A model generated the notes under the pieces. It did not search any database. It was not told the origin of the DNA and worked only from the letters and a program-made list of their open reading frames with translations. Of a stretch of DNA of 64,000 nucleotides, positions 23,276-34,113 are shown in pieces; within the stretch, counting starts at the first letter, position 1; each line of letters opens with the position of its first letter. The stretch covers positions 32,001 to 96,000 of the forward strand of contig CAWBCT010000005.1 of the NCBI GenBank assembly GCA_963787445.1. Reading direction: 5' to 3'. Position numbers and translations under genes: made by a program. Origin of the DNA: an uncultured archaeon. Lineage in GTDB: Archaea; Micrarchaeota; Micrarchaeia; Micrarchaeales; CABMGC01.

Positions 23276-23938
23276 TCATTGTGACGGCGCGTCCGGGGCC
23301 GCATCCGGGGCCGCCTTCTGGTCGCGGGAATTCTGGATGTCCCGTTCGAGATCCTCGAAGGCTTTCGAAGCGCGCAGCCGCGTCTCGAGCTGCGGATCCT
23401 GTTTGACCCGGTCGGTGAGTTCGCGATTGGCCTGCTCCATTGAATATTCGAGCAGCACATAGGCGCGATACTGGGTCCCCTCGGGAACGATCTTCGACTG
23501 AACCTGATGATAGCCCGAGACGTTGACCTCGTTGATCACATCGGTGGTCACGTTCTCGACTTCCTTGGTGAGCACCGCGTCGGTCGGGCCCGGGCCGCTC
23601 TCGGAGACGTATTGCTTCAGCTTGCCCGACAGCAATCCCTTGAGCGAATCGGCCAGCGTGCGCTTTGCCGCCATGTTGGATTCGTCGACCGCGAGCTGGA
23701 GGTCGTTCGAGGTGGCGGTTCCCGGCGCGTAGAGCTTTTGCGCATCCTGGGGCGGCTTGACGAACCAGTCGGGCGCCTCGGCGACCACCGATTTCACCTC
23801 GACCTTGGTCTCCTTTTGCTTTTCCTGCTGCTCGAACGCCGCGGCCTCGGGCGTGCCGGGCTTCGGCGTGTCGGCACAGGCGGCGACGACCGCGACCGCC
23901 AGCGACATTACGGCCAGGCGGGGAATCACGCTTCTCAT
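23276..23938 (-). CDS. LPP20-like lipoprotein
   Basis: Lipobox VVAAC; APDWFVKPP...LYAPGTATSNDLQLAVDES...AKRTLA pattern. Confidence 0.7.
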   Translation of the reverse strand: MRSVIPRLAVMSLAVAVVAACADTPKPGTPEAAAFEQQEKQKETKVEVKSVVAEAPDWFVKPPQDAQKLYAPGTATSNDLQLAVDESNMAAKRTLADSLKGLLSGKLKQYVSESGPGPTDAVLTKEVENVTTDVINEVNVSGYHQVQSKIVPEGTQYRAYVLLEYSMEQANRELTDRVKQDPQLETRLRASKAFEDLERDIQNSRDQKAAPDAAPDAPSQ

Positions 23939-25395
23939 GATTGGTCTCCCTTGTTGCCGAGCGCCGACAGGGCGCTCTCCAGAGTTTCGATATGGGCGTT
24001 CGGTTCCGGCTGCCGGCCGGACAGTTCCTTGAGATTGGCCAGCGCCTTGCCGGCCTGGCCGTAGTTCTTGGCCTTCAGATAGGCCAGTCCGGCCCGATAG
24101 AAGGAGTCGGCGGCGCCCGCGTCGTCGCCTTTGTTGTAGAGCAGGACACCGGTGTTATAGAGCGCGTAGGCGTCGGTATGATCGGCTTCGATCGCCATGC
24201 GGTAGGCGGCGAGCGAGCGCTCGCTGTCGTTCTTCAGGCCGTTCACATAGCCGAGCGCATTGAGATAGCCGGCGTTACCGCCGTCGATTGCCACCGCCTT
24301 GAGGATCGGCGCCTCGGCCTCGTCGACCTTGCCAAGCTTGATGAGCATGCGTCCCCGAGCGAACTGCGCGGGACCGCTGCGATCGTCGAGGGCGGCGGCG
24401 ACCTCGGCGCGCGTCAAGGCGCCGGAATAATCACCACGCGCGGCGAGATAGTCGGCATAGCGAACTTCGTCTTCGGCGCGGAACGGGGTGGTGCTGATCA
24501 AGGCGTCGAGCAGCGGCCCCTGTGCGTCGTCGCCGAAGGTCCGCTTGTCGACCGCGGTCAACACAAGGGCGTGCCGTTCGTCGGCCGGCAGATCGGCGAG
24601 CGCATTGAGAAAGGTCTGGTAATCGACCAGGTGCGCCGGCTCGGGCGCCGGCGGCACGGTTTCGACCGACGCGGCCGGCGCGACGGGCGGCGCAGGCGGA
24701 TCGTCGAGCGCGACGATGGCGTCGTCGGGAATCGTGCCGACGAGGCGGCGGGCGAGGTCGTCGGTGACGCGGAAGGTCTGCTCGTCCTGCACATTGGTCG
24801 CCGCGTCGAGCGCGCCCATGGCCAGGCTGATCGGGTCTACCGGCACCCCACCGCCGTGAATGGCCGCGACATGCTGGCCTTCCCACAGCACGGCGCCGTC
24901 GGCGGCCCGCACCAGCTTGAGATCGGCGCCAACGGCGACGCGGGAATAGATGCCGTAATAATGGGAGCTCACCTCGGTCACCCGCCCGGTGATGAGCGCC
25001 TCGCAGCCCAGGCGCTCGCCGACCAGGACGAGATTGCCGCGGTCCGCGGGTTCCATCTGGTCGAGGATGAAGTCCACCCGCGCCAGCTTTTCGACGCGCC
25101 GGCCCTGCGGCGCCAGGTGGGCGTAGATCGCCTTGCGCACCGCGTCGAGTTGTTCAGGCGGTATCGTATCCGCCTTTTCACCCTTCTTGCCCGGCGCGGG
25201 TCCGTCGAGCGGCATGACGGCAATGCAGGCGGGCGGTGACGCCCTATAGGCGTCGTGGACCTGGAACACCACTTCGTTGAACCCGGTGGAGGGCAATGCG
25301 GAGGATTTGCTTTTGTCGATATAGGTGGGCGCGACACAGGCGGCCGGCAGCCCAAGCGCGATCGCGGCGACGCAGACGATCCGGCGCCAGATCAT
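23935..25395 (-). CDS. Lipoprotein with GNA1162/DUF799 (CsgG/TolB-N-like) domain, Pro-rich linker and TPRs
   Basis: Start MIWRRIVCVAAIALGLPAAC (lipobox); CIAVMPL, LGCEALITGRVTE, LKLVRAADGAVLW; C-terminal TPRs. Confidence 0.72.
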   Translation of the reverse strand: MIWRRIVCVAAIALGLPAACVAPTYIDKSKSSALPSTGFNEVVFQVHDAYRASPPACIAVMPLDGPAPGKKGEKADTIPPEQLDAVRKAIYAHLAPQGRRVEKLARVDFILDQMEPADRGNLVLVGERLGCEALITGRVTEVSSHYYGIYSRVAVGADLKLVRAADGAVLWEGQHVAAIHGGGVPVDPISLAMGALDAATNVQDEQTFRVTDDLARRLVGTIPDDAIVALDDPPAPPVAPAASVETVPPAPEPAHLVDYQTFLNALADLPADERHALVLTAVDKRTFGDDAQGPLLDALISTTPFRAEDEVRYADYLAARGDYSGALTRAEVAAALDDRSGPAQFARGRMLIKLGKVDEAEAPILKAVAIDGGNAGYLNALGYVNGLKNDSERSLAAYRMAIEADHTDAYALYNTGVLLYNKGDDAGAADSFYRAGLAYLKAKNYGQAGKALANLKELSGRQPEPNAHIETLESALSALGNKGDQS

Positions 25396-26209
25396 TGATC
25401 CCCCCTGACGATATTGTAGGCCGCGCGCACGATGCGGCTGTCGGCGCGCGACAATTCGAGCAGGCGCGCATGGAAATCGTCGAAACTGTAGGCCGGCAGG
25501 AAGGCCACCGGATCGCGGGTCGCCACCACCATCAGATATTCGTCGACGATCCTGCGCGCGGCCGGCATGCCCTCGGGGAATTCGACCCTCATCGCGTAGT
25601 GCTCGCCGCCCGTCTCCGTGGGAACGATGATCGGCGCGTCGATTCGCCGCTCGGGATCGTACTGGTTGGGAAAGATGCGGGTGATCTGTTCGCTGCCCGT
25701 GGCATAGGGCAGCCATTGGAAGATCGCCACCGCCATCGGCTTGGTCGGCGACAGGCCGATGCGCATCCGTTCCCCGTCGCGAAACACGGAAGCGTTCGGC
25801 GTCACCCCGATATCGAAGGCCGGATCGGGCTTGCCCGCCGGGACGACGACATCGGCCTCCATGCTGACCGAGCATTTGTGGAAGCCTTCGATCTCGGGAG
25901 CCACCGATTTCTGCAGATTGCGCACCGCGCGGACATCGCCGTCCAGCATGGTCCAGACCGAGGAGTTGAGGCGCAGGCGGCTTTGCCGCCTTGATCGGTG
26001 CAGCGCATCATCTGTTCGGACGACAGGTTTTCGCCGGTGACCTGGCGCACCGCATCTTCTTTCGCCCGTTCCTCGGCGGCGCGGCAGGCCTCGGCTTCGG
26101 AAATATCCGCGGGATAACGATATTCGCCCGCCGCCTTCACCCAATCGGCCCGTGCCGACATAGGTGCCATCGTCAGCAGCAGACAGAGCAGGCTGGCGGC
26201 CGTTTTCAT
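25392..26209 (-). CDS. Exported DUF4384-like protein with an LPP20/FlgT-N-like N-terminus (frameshift ~25975)
   Basis: Signal peptide; EACRAAEERAKEDAVRQVTGE; then VFRDGERMRIGLSPTKPMAVAIF...ITRIFPNQY...EYLMVVATRDP. Confidence 0.65.
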
Positions 26210-27908
26210 TTTTGCGCCGCCACGAGAACGACGCGGGGCAGCATCAGCTCATACAGGTCCTCGAGGTTCATCTCGGCGCCGCGCACCGACGGCGCGGCGG
26301 CGTCGCGGCCGAGGAAATGAAGGATGCGGTCCGCCTTGATGCCGATATTCATATCCTCAACCAGAAATCCGCTTTTGCGGTAGATATCCGCGGCGTCGGT
26401 CTGCCCGACGGTGATCCCCATCAACCGGCCCTGGCGATCGAACACCGGCCCGCCGGAATTGCCCTTGTTGATCTTGGTGGTCATCTGAAACGTCTTGGGA
26501 TCATTGCTGAGACCGGTGATCTTGGCGACGATGCCCTCGGTCAGCGCCGGCTGATCGTCGCCGAGGAGGTCGACCAGCGGAAAACCCATGACCACCGCCG
26601 AACGGCCCGGTGCCGGATCGACCATGTCGGAGAACTGGACCACCGCGCCCTCGGGGTAGGGCGATTCGATCTCGAGCAGCGCCAGATCGTCCTCGCGCGA
26701 CACCTTGACGACGCGCGCCTGACGGACATGGCCGGTTCCGTTGCGCGCGTAGATCACGCCCATGCCCTCGATGACATGGCGGTTGGTGACGATGAGCCGC
26801 CCGCCCTCGAGCACGATCCCGCTGCCGGAGAGGTAGGTCGAACCCGGCGCGAACGGCAGCGGCTCGGGATTGGCCAGGGTGTCGTTGGGAGCCGCCGTCG
26901 CCAGCGGTGGCGGCACCGTCGACGGCGTGGGCTGTTCCGGAGGCCGCACCGCCTCGATCTGATTGGGCGCCAGTTCCGTGGTCGGCACCGCCGGCCGTGG
27001 AGAGGCGAGCGGCGGCGGCGGTTCGTTCGACGGCGGCGCAACCGGGCGCGGCACGGCGAGCGGGCCGGGAGTCGCAGGAGCCACGAGAAGCGGCGCGGAG
27101 GCTTCCTTCTGCGTGGCCCGGGCCTGCCGTTCCAGACTGCCGTCGGCGTCGACCGCCTTGATCCATATGGCCATCGCGGTGGCGCGACCGGTCTGTCCAG
27201 CCGTCAGATAGAGTTCTCCCGCCGCGATTCGCGCGCGCACCGACTTCGACCTTGCGCCCGGCCGCCCAGAGGAGGCCGCCCAGCGCGTCCTGTGTCGCCG
27301 CCGAGTTCGGGATGCGCATTGGCGAATTCCTGCAACGCGCCGATGCCGGCCTCGGGCCCTTGCCGCGCCGTGCGGAAACGAGCGGTGGCGATCGCCAAGC
27401 CGTCGTCGTCGGGGTGAGTTTTTCCGAGCTTCAACAACCGGGCCATAGCCTCCTTGGCGTGCCCGTTACGACTGTCCACCTGCGCCAGCACCAGTTCGGC
27501 GGCGGCAAGGTCGGGATCGGTCCTCAACGCGGTCAGGACGTCGAGGCGCGCCTGCGCGACCTTTCCCAAGGCCAATTTGGCTTCGCCCATATAAAGATCG
27601 GCCACGGCCTCGCGATCGAGCGAAGCCGTCGACGCCTTTTCGAACAAGGCGAGCGCCTGGGCGGATTGGCCCTGGGCGAGCGCGATGCGCCCGCGCAGGA
27701 TATCGGCTTGCGCTGTGGCAGCGCGGCCCTCGGGCGCGATGTCGTTGAGAAGTTCGCTTGCCTGCTCATATTGCTCGGCGTCGATCAGGCCCTCGACAAG
27801 CTGGAGGGACGGCTTGATCGAGTCGGCCCGCAAAATCGGCACACCAAAAACTATGGCAATCGCCACGGTGGCCACGAAAAGGAATGCCAACCTCATTCCC
27901 AAACGCAT
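26206..27908 (-). CDS. Exported TPR + trypsin-like (S1C) serine protease (frameshifts ~27310, ~27244)
   Basis: Signal/anchor, TPR helices, Pro-rich linker, GSGIV, TNRHV, DDLALL, GNSGGP. Removing two extra bases joins three ORFs into one. Confidence 0.82.
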
Positions 27909-28078
27909 CCCGGATACTCCGGTACCCCAGAGAAACATTACGCCGCTCGCGACGACTTGGCGATTCTTGGGGAGAAGAATTCGTGTTTCACACTGTAACA
28001 GCGGCAAGCTGAGCAACAACCGCGACTAGGCAATAAATGCCGGGCCGGCGCTCCGATTGCGCGTTCGCGAAGGCGCTA

Positions 28079-29116
28079 CTACTTAGGTGAGGCTCCGGAG
28101 CCGCCGCCGGTGGCAAGGGCGACGAAACGCTTGCCCGATCCCGGACCGACCATCACCACGATCATCAGGAACACGCCGCGGACGACCGATTGCCAGTAAG
28201 CACTCAGGCTGATCCAGCCCATGCCATTCTCGAAGTTGAGAACGTTGAAGATCAGTCCCAGCAACATGACGCCCGCGAGCGTGGTGGCAACCGAACCGAC
28301 GCCACCGGTCAGCAGCGTGCCACCGACGACGACGGCGGCGATGGAGAACAATTCCCAGCCGACGCCCTCGGCGGGCTGGCCGGCACCGAACTGCGCGGCC
28401 AGGATCACGCCCGCCAAACCGGCGAAGGCGCCGGACTGCACATAGGTCAGGAACTTGACGCGGTCGACCGGCAGGCCCATCAGCCGGGCGGCTTCCTCGT
28501 TGCCGCCGATCGCCAGGATATGGCGGCCGAAGGCGGTGCGGTTGAGCACGATTGATCCATAAATATAGGCGGCCAGGGCGATCCAACCGGGGACGGGAAA
28601 GCCGAGCAGGTCACCCTGGCCCAAATCGGTGAAGCCCGATTCGTAGGACACGGATACGGACTGATTGTGCGCGAGCAGCAAAGCGGTTCCGCTCGCCACC
28701 AGCATACCCGACAGCGTGGCGATGAAGGGCAGGATTTTCATCCGGGTGACGAGGAAGCCGTTGATGGCGCCGACGACGAGGCCCGCGGCCAGTCCGCTGA
28801 GCAGGCCCGGCACGATGCCCCAGGGCGAAAGCGTCGCCGAGACCACGCTGGCCAGGGCGGCGGTAGTGCCGACCGACAGATCGATGCCGCCGGTCATGAT
28901 GACGAAGCACATGCCCAGCCCGGTGAGCGCGAACATCGAGTTGTAGCGCAGCACGCTCAGCACATTGAACAGGCCGAGAAAATGATCGTAGCGCAGCGCG
29001 CCGAACAGGATCAGCAGCACCAGCGCGATCAGCACGCGCTGCTGGCCGAGCCAGTAGGAGGCGCGCGAGGCGGAGAAGGACGACGCCGAGGCGGCGACGG
29101 GCTCGCTGTCGGTCAT
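28079..29116 (-). CDS. yjfF: Sugar ABC permease (YjfF-like)
   Basis: TGGIDLSVG, AIGGNEEAARLMGLPV, GWELFSIAAVVVGGTLLTGG. Confidence 0.8.
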   Translation of the reverse strand: MTDSEPVAASASSFSASRASYWLGQQRVLIALVLLILFGALRYDHFLGLFNVLSVLRYNSMFALTGLGMCFVIMTGGIDLSVGTTAALASVVSATLSPWGIVPGLLSGLAAGLVVGAINGFLVTRMKILPFIATLSGMLVASGTALLLAHNQSVSVSYESGFTDLGQGDLLGFPVPGWIALAAYIYGSIVLNRTAFGRHILAIGGNEEAARLMGLPVDRVKFLTYVQSGAFAGLAGVILAAQFGAGQPAEGVGWELFSIAAVVVGGTLLTGGVGSVATTLAGVMLLGLIFNVLNFENGMGWISLSAYWQSVVRGVFLMIVVMVGPGSGKRFVALATGGGSGASPK

Positions 29117-30108
29117 GTCTGGCTCCGCCGCTGCGACCACACCGCGATGGCGATGATGGCGCCCTTGACCACCAGGGCCGCGGCATCGGGAACGCCGTTG
29201 GCGAGCAGGGTGTAGCGCAGAAGCTGTATGATCAGGGCGCCGAGCAAGGAGCCGACCACCGTCGCCTGCCCGCCGGTGAAGGGGGTTCCACCCACCGATA
29301 CCGCGGCGATGGCGTCGAGCTCCATGCCGAGCCCGACCAGATTGGCGTCGCTGGAGGAATTGATCGACACCACGACCAACCCGGCGACGCCGGCGCACAA
29401 GCCGCTGATCGCGTAGACCATCAACTTGACCCGGGCGACGGGAATGCCCGCCAGCCGCGCGGCCTTCTCATTGCCCCCCACGGCCAGGATCTGACGCCCG
29501 AACAGGGTGCGCCGGAGCATCCAGGCCGCCAGGGCCACCAGGGCCAGCATGACCAGCACCTGGCAAGGGATGCCGAGGATGCGACCGAGCCCGATGAACT
29601 GGAAGGGCGGGTTCTTGAACACCTGAAGATTGCCGTTGGTCATCACCTGTCCGATACCTCGTCCGGCGATGAACATGACCAAGGTTCCGACGATCGGCTG
29701 GATGCGGAATCGGGTGATGAACCAGCCGTTGAACAGGCCGAACGACCCCGCCACCAGAACCGGGACGATGAAGGCCAGCACGATGCCGATGACGGTATGA
29801 CTGCGCCCGAAGGGACTGAGGAAGATCAGCGGCGCGAGCGCGCCCGAGATCGCCATCAGCGAGCCCACCGACAGATCGATGCCGCCGGTCGCGATCACCA
29901 GGGTCATGCCGACCGAGACGATGACGATGGTCGCGACCTGGGTCAGGTTGACGTTGAGCGTCTGCCAGGTGGCGAAATGCGGGGTCACCGCGAAGTTGAA
30001 GGCGAGCAGCACGACCAGCGCGGTCACCGCGGCATAGCGGCGCAGGAATTGGCCGACGACGTTCCGCTTCTCGGTCTGCGCCGCCGACGGGATGACCGCG
30101 TCAGCCAT
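29113..30108 (-). CDS. ytfT: Sugar ABC permease (YtfT-like)
   Basis: VIATGGIDLSVGS, IQPIVGTLVMFIAGRG, GLGMELDAIAAV. Confidence 0.8.
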   Translation of the reverse strand: MADAVIPSAAQTEKRNVVGQFLRRYAAVTALVVLLAFNFAVTPHFATWQTLNVNLTQVATIVIVSVGMTLVIATGGIDLSVGSLMAISGALAPLIFLSPFGRSHTVIGIVLAFIVPVLVAGSFGLFNGWFITRFRIQPIVGTLVMFIAGRGIGQVMTNGNLQVFKNPPFQFIGLGRILGIPCQVLVMLALVALAAWMLRRTLFGRQILAVGGNEKAARLAGIPVARVKLMVYAISGLCAGVAGLVVVSINSSSDANLVGLGMELDAIAAVSVGGTPFTGGQATVVGSLLGALIIQLLRYTLLANGVPDAAALVVKGAIIAIAVWSQRRSQT

Positions 30109-31645
30109 GACGTTCCCCGGCCGCGAGGGCGCCATCCGTGCCATGGGCCATCGCCGCCATGATGCGCGGCTCGGTCACCTCGGCGCGGGCCAGGTCGGCG
30201 ACGGTCTGGCCGTCGCTGAGCACGAACACACGGTCGGAGCCCTCGAGAATCTCCTCGAGTTCCGACGAGATCATCAACACGCCCAGCCCCTGGTCGGCGA
30301 GTTCCTTGATCAGCGATTGGATCTCGGCCTTGGCGCCGACATCGATGCCGCGCGTCGGTTCGTCGAGGATCAGAAGCTTCGGATCGGTGCACAGCCAGCG
30401 CGCCAGCAGCACCTTCTGCTGATTGCCGCCCGACAGTTCCCGGACCTTCTGCTCGGGGCTCGAGGTCTTGATCGACAGCCGCGCGATGAATCGGTCGACG
30501 ATCTCGCTCTGGCGCTTCTCGTCGACGACGCCGGCCCTGGTCAGGCGCGGCAGCAGGGCCAGCGTGATGTTCTCGCGCACAGACATGTCCGGCACGATGC
30601 CCTCGATCTTGCGGTCCTCGGTGCAGAAGCCAACGCCCAGCGCGATCGCCTCGGCCGGCTGCCGCGGCGCCACGGCGGCGCCCATCAAGCGGATCGAGCC
30701 GGCGTCGGGCGGATCGGCGCCGAACACGGCGCGCGCCACCTCGGTGCGGCCCGAACCGAGCAGACCGGCAAGGCCGACGATCTGGCCGGCGCGAACCTCG
30801 ACACGGGCGCCGCGCAGCCGCCGGCCGAGATGGAGCCCCTGGGCGGCCAGCAGTTCGTCGCCGGCCCGGCCTGAGGCGCCGTGGAATCCGGTGGAGCGTT
30901 CGCGGACGGCGTCAAGGTCGCGACCCAGCATGGTGGCGACCAGATGCAGCTTGTCGACATCGGCGATGCGGTTGACGGCCACGGTGCGGCCGTCGCGCAT
31001 CACCGTGACCCGGTCGCAGACCTGATACAGCTCGTCGAGCCGGTGGCTGATGAAGATCACGGCGACGCCCTCGCCCTTCAGCTGGCGGATGACATCGAAC
31101 AGGACGGCGACTTCGCGGTCGTCGAGCGACGAGGTCGGCTCGTCCATGATGACCAGGCGCGCCTTGAAGGACACGGCGCGCGCGATGGCCACCATCTGCT
31201 GGATCGCGGTGCTGAATTCCATCAGCGGTCGCCGCACGTCGATCTCGATGGCGAATCGGCGCAGCAACTGCGCGGATTCCCGGTTCATCCGCCGCCAGTC
31301 GAGCAATCCATAGCGGCGCTCCTCGCGCCCGAGAAAGATGTTCTCGGCCACCGAACGATAGGGGATCAGGTTGATCTCCTGGTAGATGGTGCTGATGCCG
31401 CCCTGCTGCGCATCCTGCGGGGAGGCGAATGCGACTTCTTTCCCGGCGAAGACGATGGTGCCGGCGTCCTTGTGGTGGGCGCCGGTGAGAACCTTGATGA
31501 GCGTCGATTTGCCCGCGCCGTTCTGGCCGACCAGGGCCATCACCTCGCCGGGTTCGACCTCGAGTCCGGCGGCGTACAGTGCCTGCACGCCTTGGAATCG
31601 CTTGTCGATGCCGCGCATCACGAGAAGCGGTGAGGAAGAAGCCAT
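30101..31645 (-). CDS. ytfR: Sugar ABC ATPase with two ABC domains (YtfR-like)
   Basis: GQNGAGKST, MDEPTSSL, LSGGNQQK, DEPTRGIDVGAK. Confidence 0.85.
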   Translation of the reverse strand: MASSSPLLVMRGIDKRFQGVQALYAAGLEVEPGEVMALVGQNGAGKSTLIKVLTGAHHKDAGTIVFAGKEVAFASPQDAQQGGISTIYQEINLIPYRSVAENIFLGREERRYGLLDWRRMNRESAQLLRRFAIEIDVRRPLMEFSTAIQQMVAIARAVSFKARLVIMDEPTSSLDDREVAVLFDVIRQLKGEGVAVIFISHRLDELYQVCDRVTVMRDGRTVAVNRIADVDKLHLVATMLGRDLDAVRERSTGFHGASGRAGDELLAAQGLHLGRRLRGARVEVRAGQIVGLAGLLGSGRTEVARAVFGADPPDAGSIRLMGAAVAPRQPAEAIALGVGFCTEDRKIEGIVPDMSVRENITLALLPRLTRAGVVDEKRQSEIVDRFIARLSIKTSSPEQKVRELSGGNQQKVLLARWLCTDPKLLILDEPTRGIDVGAKAEIQSLIKELADQGLGVLMISSELEEILEGSDRVFVLSDGQTVADLARAEVTEPRIMAAMAHGTDGALAAGERHG

Positions 31646-31670
31646 CGGACCTGCGAACCGGTTTACGGCA

Positions 31671-31731
31671 CTCCCCTCCCTGGAGCCCCTCTCGCCCGGA
31701 GGCGAGGCGAGAGGGGCCTTGGCAGGGGAGG
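31671..31731 (-). terminator. Long intercistronic hairpin after the sugar binding-protein gene
   Basis: gcccctctcgcc ... ggcgagaggggc inner stem with an outer ctcccct/aggggag pair. Confidence 0.6.
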
Positions 31732-31745
31732 TTATCTAGGCACAG

Positions 31746-32726
31746 TTAGAAAGCGGTCGCCAGCATGTCCTTGGCGTTCGAGGCATCGAAGAACCGGTCG
31801 GGGTTGATGATGATCGGCGGGATCGTCTCGCCGTTGCCGTACTTGTACATGATGTCGAAGGCCGCAGGTCCGAAGTGCGGGCTGCACTCGCACGTGCATC
31901 CCATCTTGCCGTCGATGATCGCCTGCACCGCGTCCTTTTCGCCGTCGATCGAAACGACGAGGATGTCGACGCCGGGCTTCTTGCCGGCGGCCTCGATCGC
32001 CGCGATCGCGCCGATCGCCATTTCGTCGTTATGGGCATAGACGATGGTTGCGTCGGCATGGGCCTGGAGCAAAGTCTCGGCCACCTGGCGGCCCTTGTCG
32101 CGGGCGAAGTCGCCGGACTGGCTGGCGAGGAGGACCATATCGGGGGCCTTCGCCTTGATCGTGTCGTCGAAACCTTTCTTGCGGTCGTTGGCGGGCGACG
32201 CGCCGACGGTGCCCTCGAGCTCGATGATCTTGCCCTTGCCGCCGGTCTTGGCGATCGTCCATTCGGCGACGCGCTGGCCCTCGAGAATGAAGTTGGAGCC
32301 GACAAACGCGAGGTAGTCCTCGCCGGCCTTGGCCAGCGACGGATCGACGGAACGATCGATCAGGAGCACGGGGATGCCGGCCTTCTTGGCCGCCATCACC
32401 GCGGGAATCAGCGGCTTCTCCTCGCGCGGCGCCAGGAAGATGAAGTCGACGCCCTGAGCGATCATGCTGTTGACGTCGGCGACCTGCTTGGCCGCCGAGC
32501 CTGCGGCGTCGGTGTAGACGAGCTGGCAATTCCGCTTCTTGGCTTCGTCCTGCATGCTGGCGGTTTGCGCCAGGCGCCAAGGATTGTTGCTTTCGGTCTG
32601 CGCGAAGCCGACCTTGTAGGTGTCTTTCTTCTTCAACGGCGGCACGGCGCCGAACGCCGGCAACACCGCCATGCCGACCGCGCCTGCGGCCGAACTGACG
32701 AGCAAAGTGCGACGGGTGATCAACAT
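31746..32726 (-). CDS. ytfQ: Sugar ABC substrate-binding protein (YtfQ-like) with Tat signal
   Basis: MLITRRTLL twin-arginine signal; VGFAQTESNNPWR, AHNDEMAIGA. Confidence 0.82.
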   Translation of the reverse strand: MLITRRTLLVSSAAGAVGMAVLPAFGAVPPLKKKDTYKVGFAQTESNNPWRLAQTASMQDEAKKRNCQLVYTDAAGSAAKQVADVNSMIAQGVDFIFLAPREEKPLIPAVMAAKKAGIPVLLIDRSVDPSLAKAGEDYLAFVGSNFILEGQRVAEWTIAKTGGKGKIIELEGTVGASPANDRKKGFDDTIKAKAPDMVLLASQSGDFARDKGRQVAETLLQAHADATIVYAHNDEMAIGAIAAIEAAGKKPGVDILVVSIDGEKDAVQAIIDGKMGCTCECSPHFGPAAFDIMYKYGNGETIPPIIINPDRFFDASNAKDMLATAF

Positions 32727-32989
32727 CTTATGGTCCTCCCAGTTGCATTGTGGATCGCGTGTGGGCGCCGATAGACCCCGTGGGATCGGAACCGGATACG
32801 CGTGGCGTTTTCTTTGGATCGGCTTCGGTAGGCGCCCCCACACTCCGAGCTTCCAACTATGGTCCCACCGATGATAATATTTGTCAATCGGACTTCGGCG
32901 GCGCGCTGGCAGAGGGAGCACGAATGCAATTTATTTTGTTACATTTCAATGGTCTATTTTGCTAATAATATGCGCAACAAATAGTGGCA

Positions 32990-34085
32990 ATGGAAACCAA
33001 CAGTGCGAGCAAAGGTAGATCGGTGAAAAACTCGGCGGGTGCCGGCGGAACCGCCGGGCGAGCGGGTTCGAAGCGCCCACGCCCAACGCGACGGCCGACC
33101 ATGACCGATGTCGCCAACGAGGCTGGCGTGTCGCAGACCACGGTCTCGCTGGTGCTCAACCATGCGGACGGCGCGCGGCTCTCGGCGCAGACACGCGAGC
33201 GGGTGGTCAGGGCGGCCAAGAAGGTCGGCTACCGACTTGCCCGCCGCGGCCCGGGAACCGGCACGGAAGGCGCCGCCGTCGGTTTCCTGTGCGACGAGAT
33301 TTCCACCGATCCCTGGACCGCGATCGGACTCGACGGAGTCCGCGAGAAGGCCTGGGAGCATGGGCTGACGGTCAGCGTCGCCGTCACCCGCGGCGACGAG
33401 GAGATGGAACGCGAGGTGCTGGCCCAGATGGCGAATCAGCCCCTGGTCGGGCTGATCTACGCCACGATCAACACCCGCGAGGTTTCGCCGCCGGCCATAT
33501 TGGAGCGCATCCCGACGGTGCTGCTGAACTGCTATGTCGCCGACCGCTCGCTGCCCTCGGTGGTGCCGGGCGAAGTCGGGGGGCGGACACGCCGCCACCG
33601 ATTTCCTGCTGCGCGCCGGCCACCGGCGGATCGGCTTCATCAACGGCGAGCCGCGCATGGACGCGTCGCGCGACCGGTTGAAGGGATATCGCCAGGCACT
33701 GGCCACCGCCGACCTGCCGATCGATCCCGAACTGTTGGTGGCCGGCAACTGGCAACCGGCCTCGGGCTATCAACGCACCCTTGAGCTGATGCGGCTGCCG
33801 ATTCCGCCGACCGCGATCTTCTGCGCCAACGACCTGATGGCGATTGGCTGCTACGAGGCCTTGCGCGAGCTCGGACTGAGAATTCCCGACGATGTCGCGG
33901 TGATGGGCTACGATGACCGCGAGATCGCGCAGCACCTGCACCCGCCGCTGACCACCGTGCTGTTGCCGCATCTCGAAATGGGCGCGCTGGCCGCCGAGCA
34001 ATTGCTGGACCTGTCCGCGCGCTCGATCAATAGGCCGCGGCAGATCAAGGTCGAATGTCCGATCGTCGAGAGAAGTTCGGTTTGA
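32990..34085 (+). CDS. LacI-family regulator (frameshift ~33580 in a G6 run)
   Basis: TMTDVANEAGVSQTTVSLVLN; C-terminal half PTAIFCANDLMA, PPLTTV. Confidence 0.9.
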
Positions 34086-34113
34086 ACCGATAAAACGACA
34101 GGGGGAAAACCCA

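Noticed and set aside
25396-25875. 160-aa N-terminal extension of ORF 23935..25875
   Set aside because: It overlaps the DUF4384-like gene in another frame; the true start is 25395 (RBS, lipobox, ATGA coupling).
32872-32886. LacI operator TGATAATATTTGTCA
   Set aside because: Only a partial palindrome with no central CG; too weak to call.
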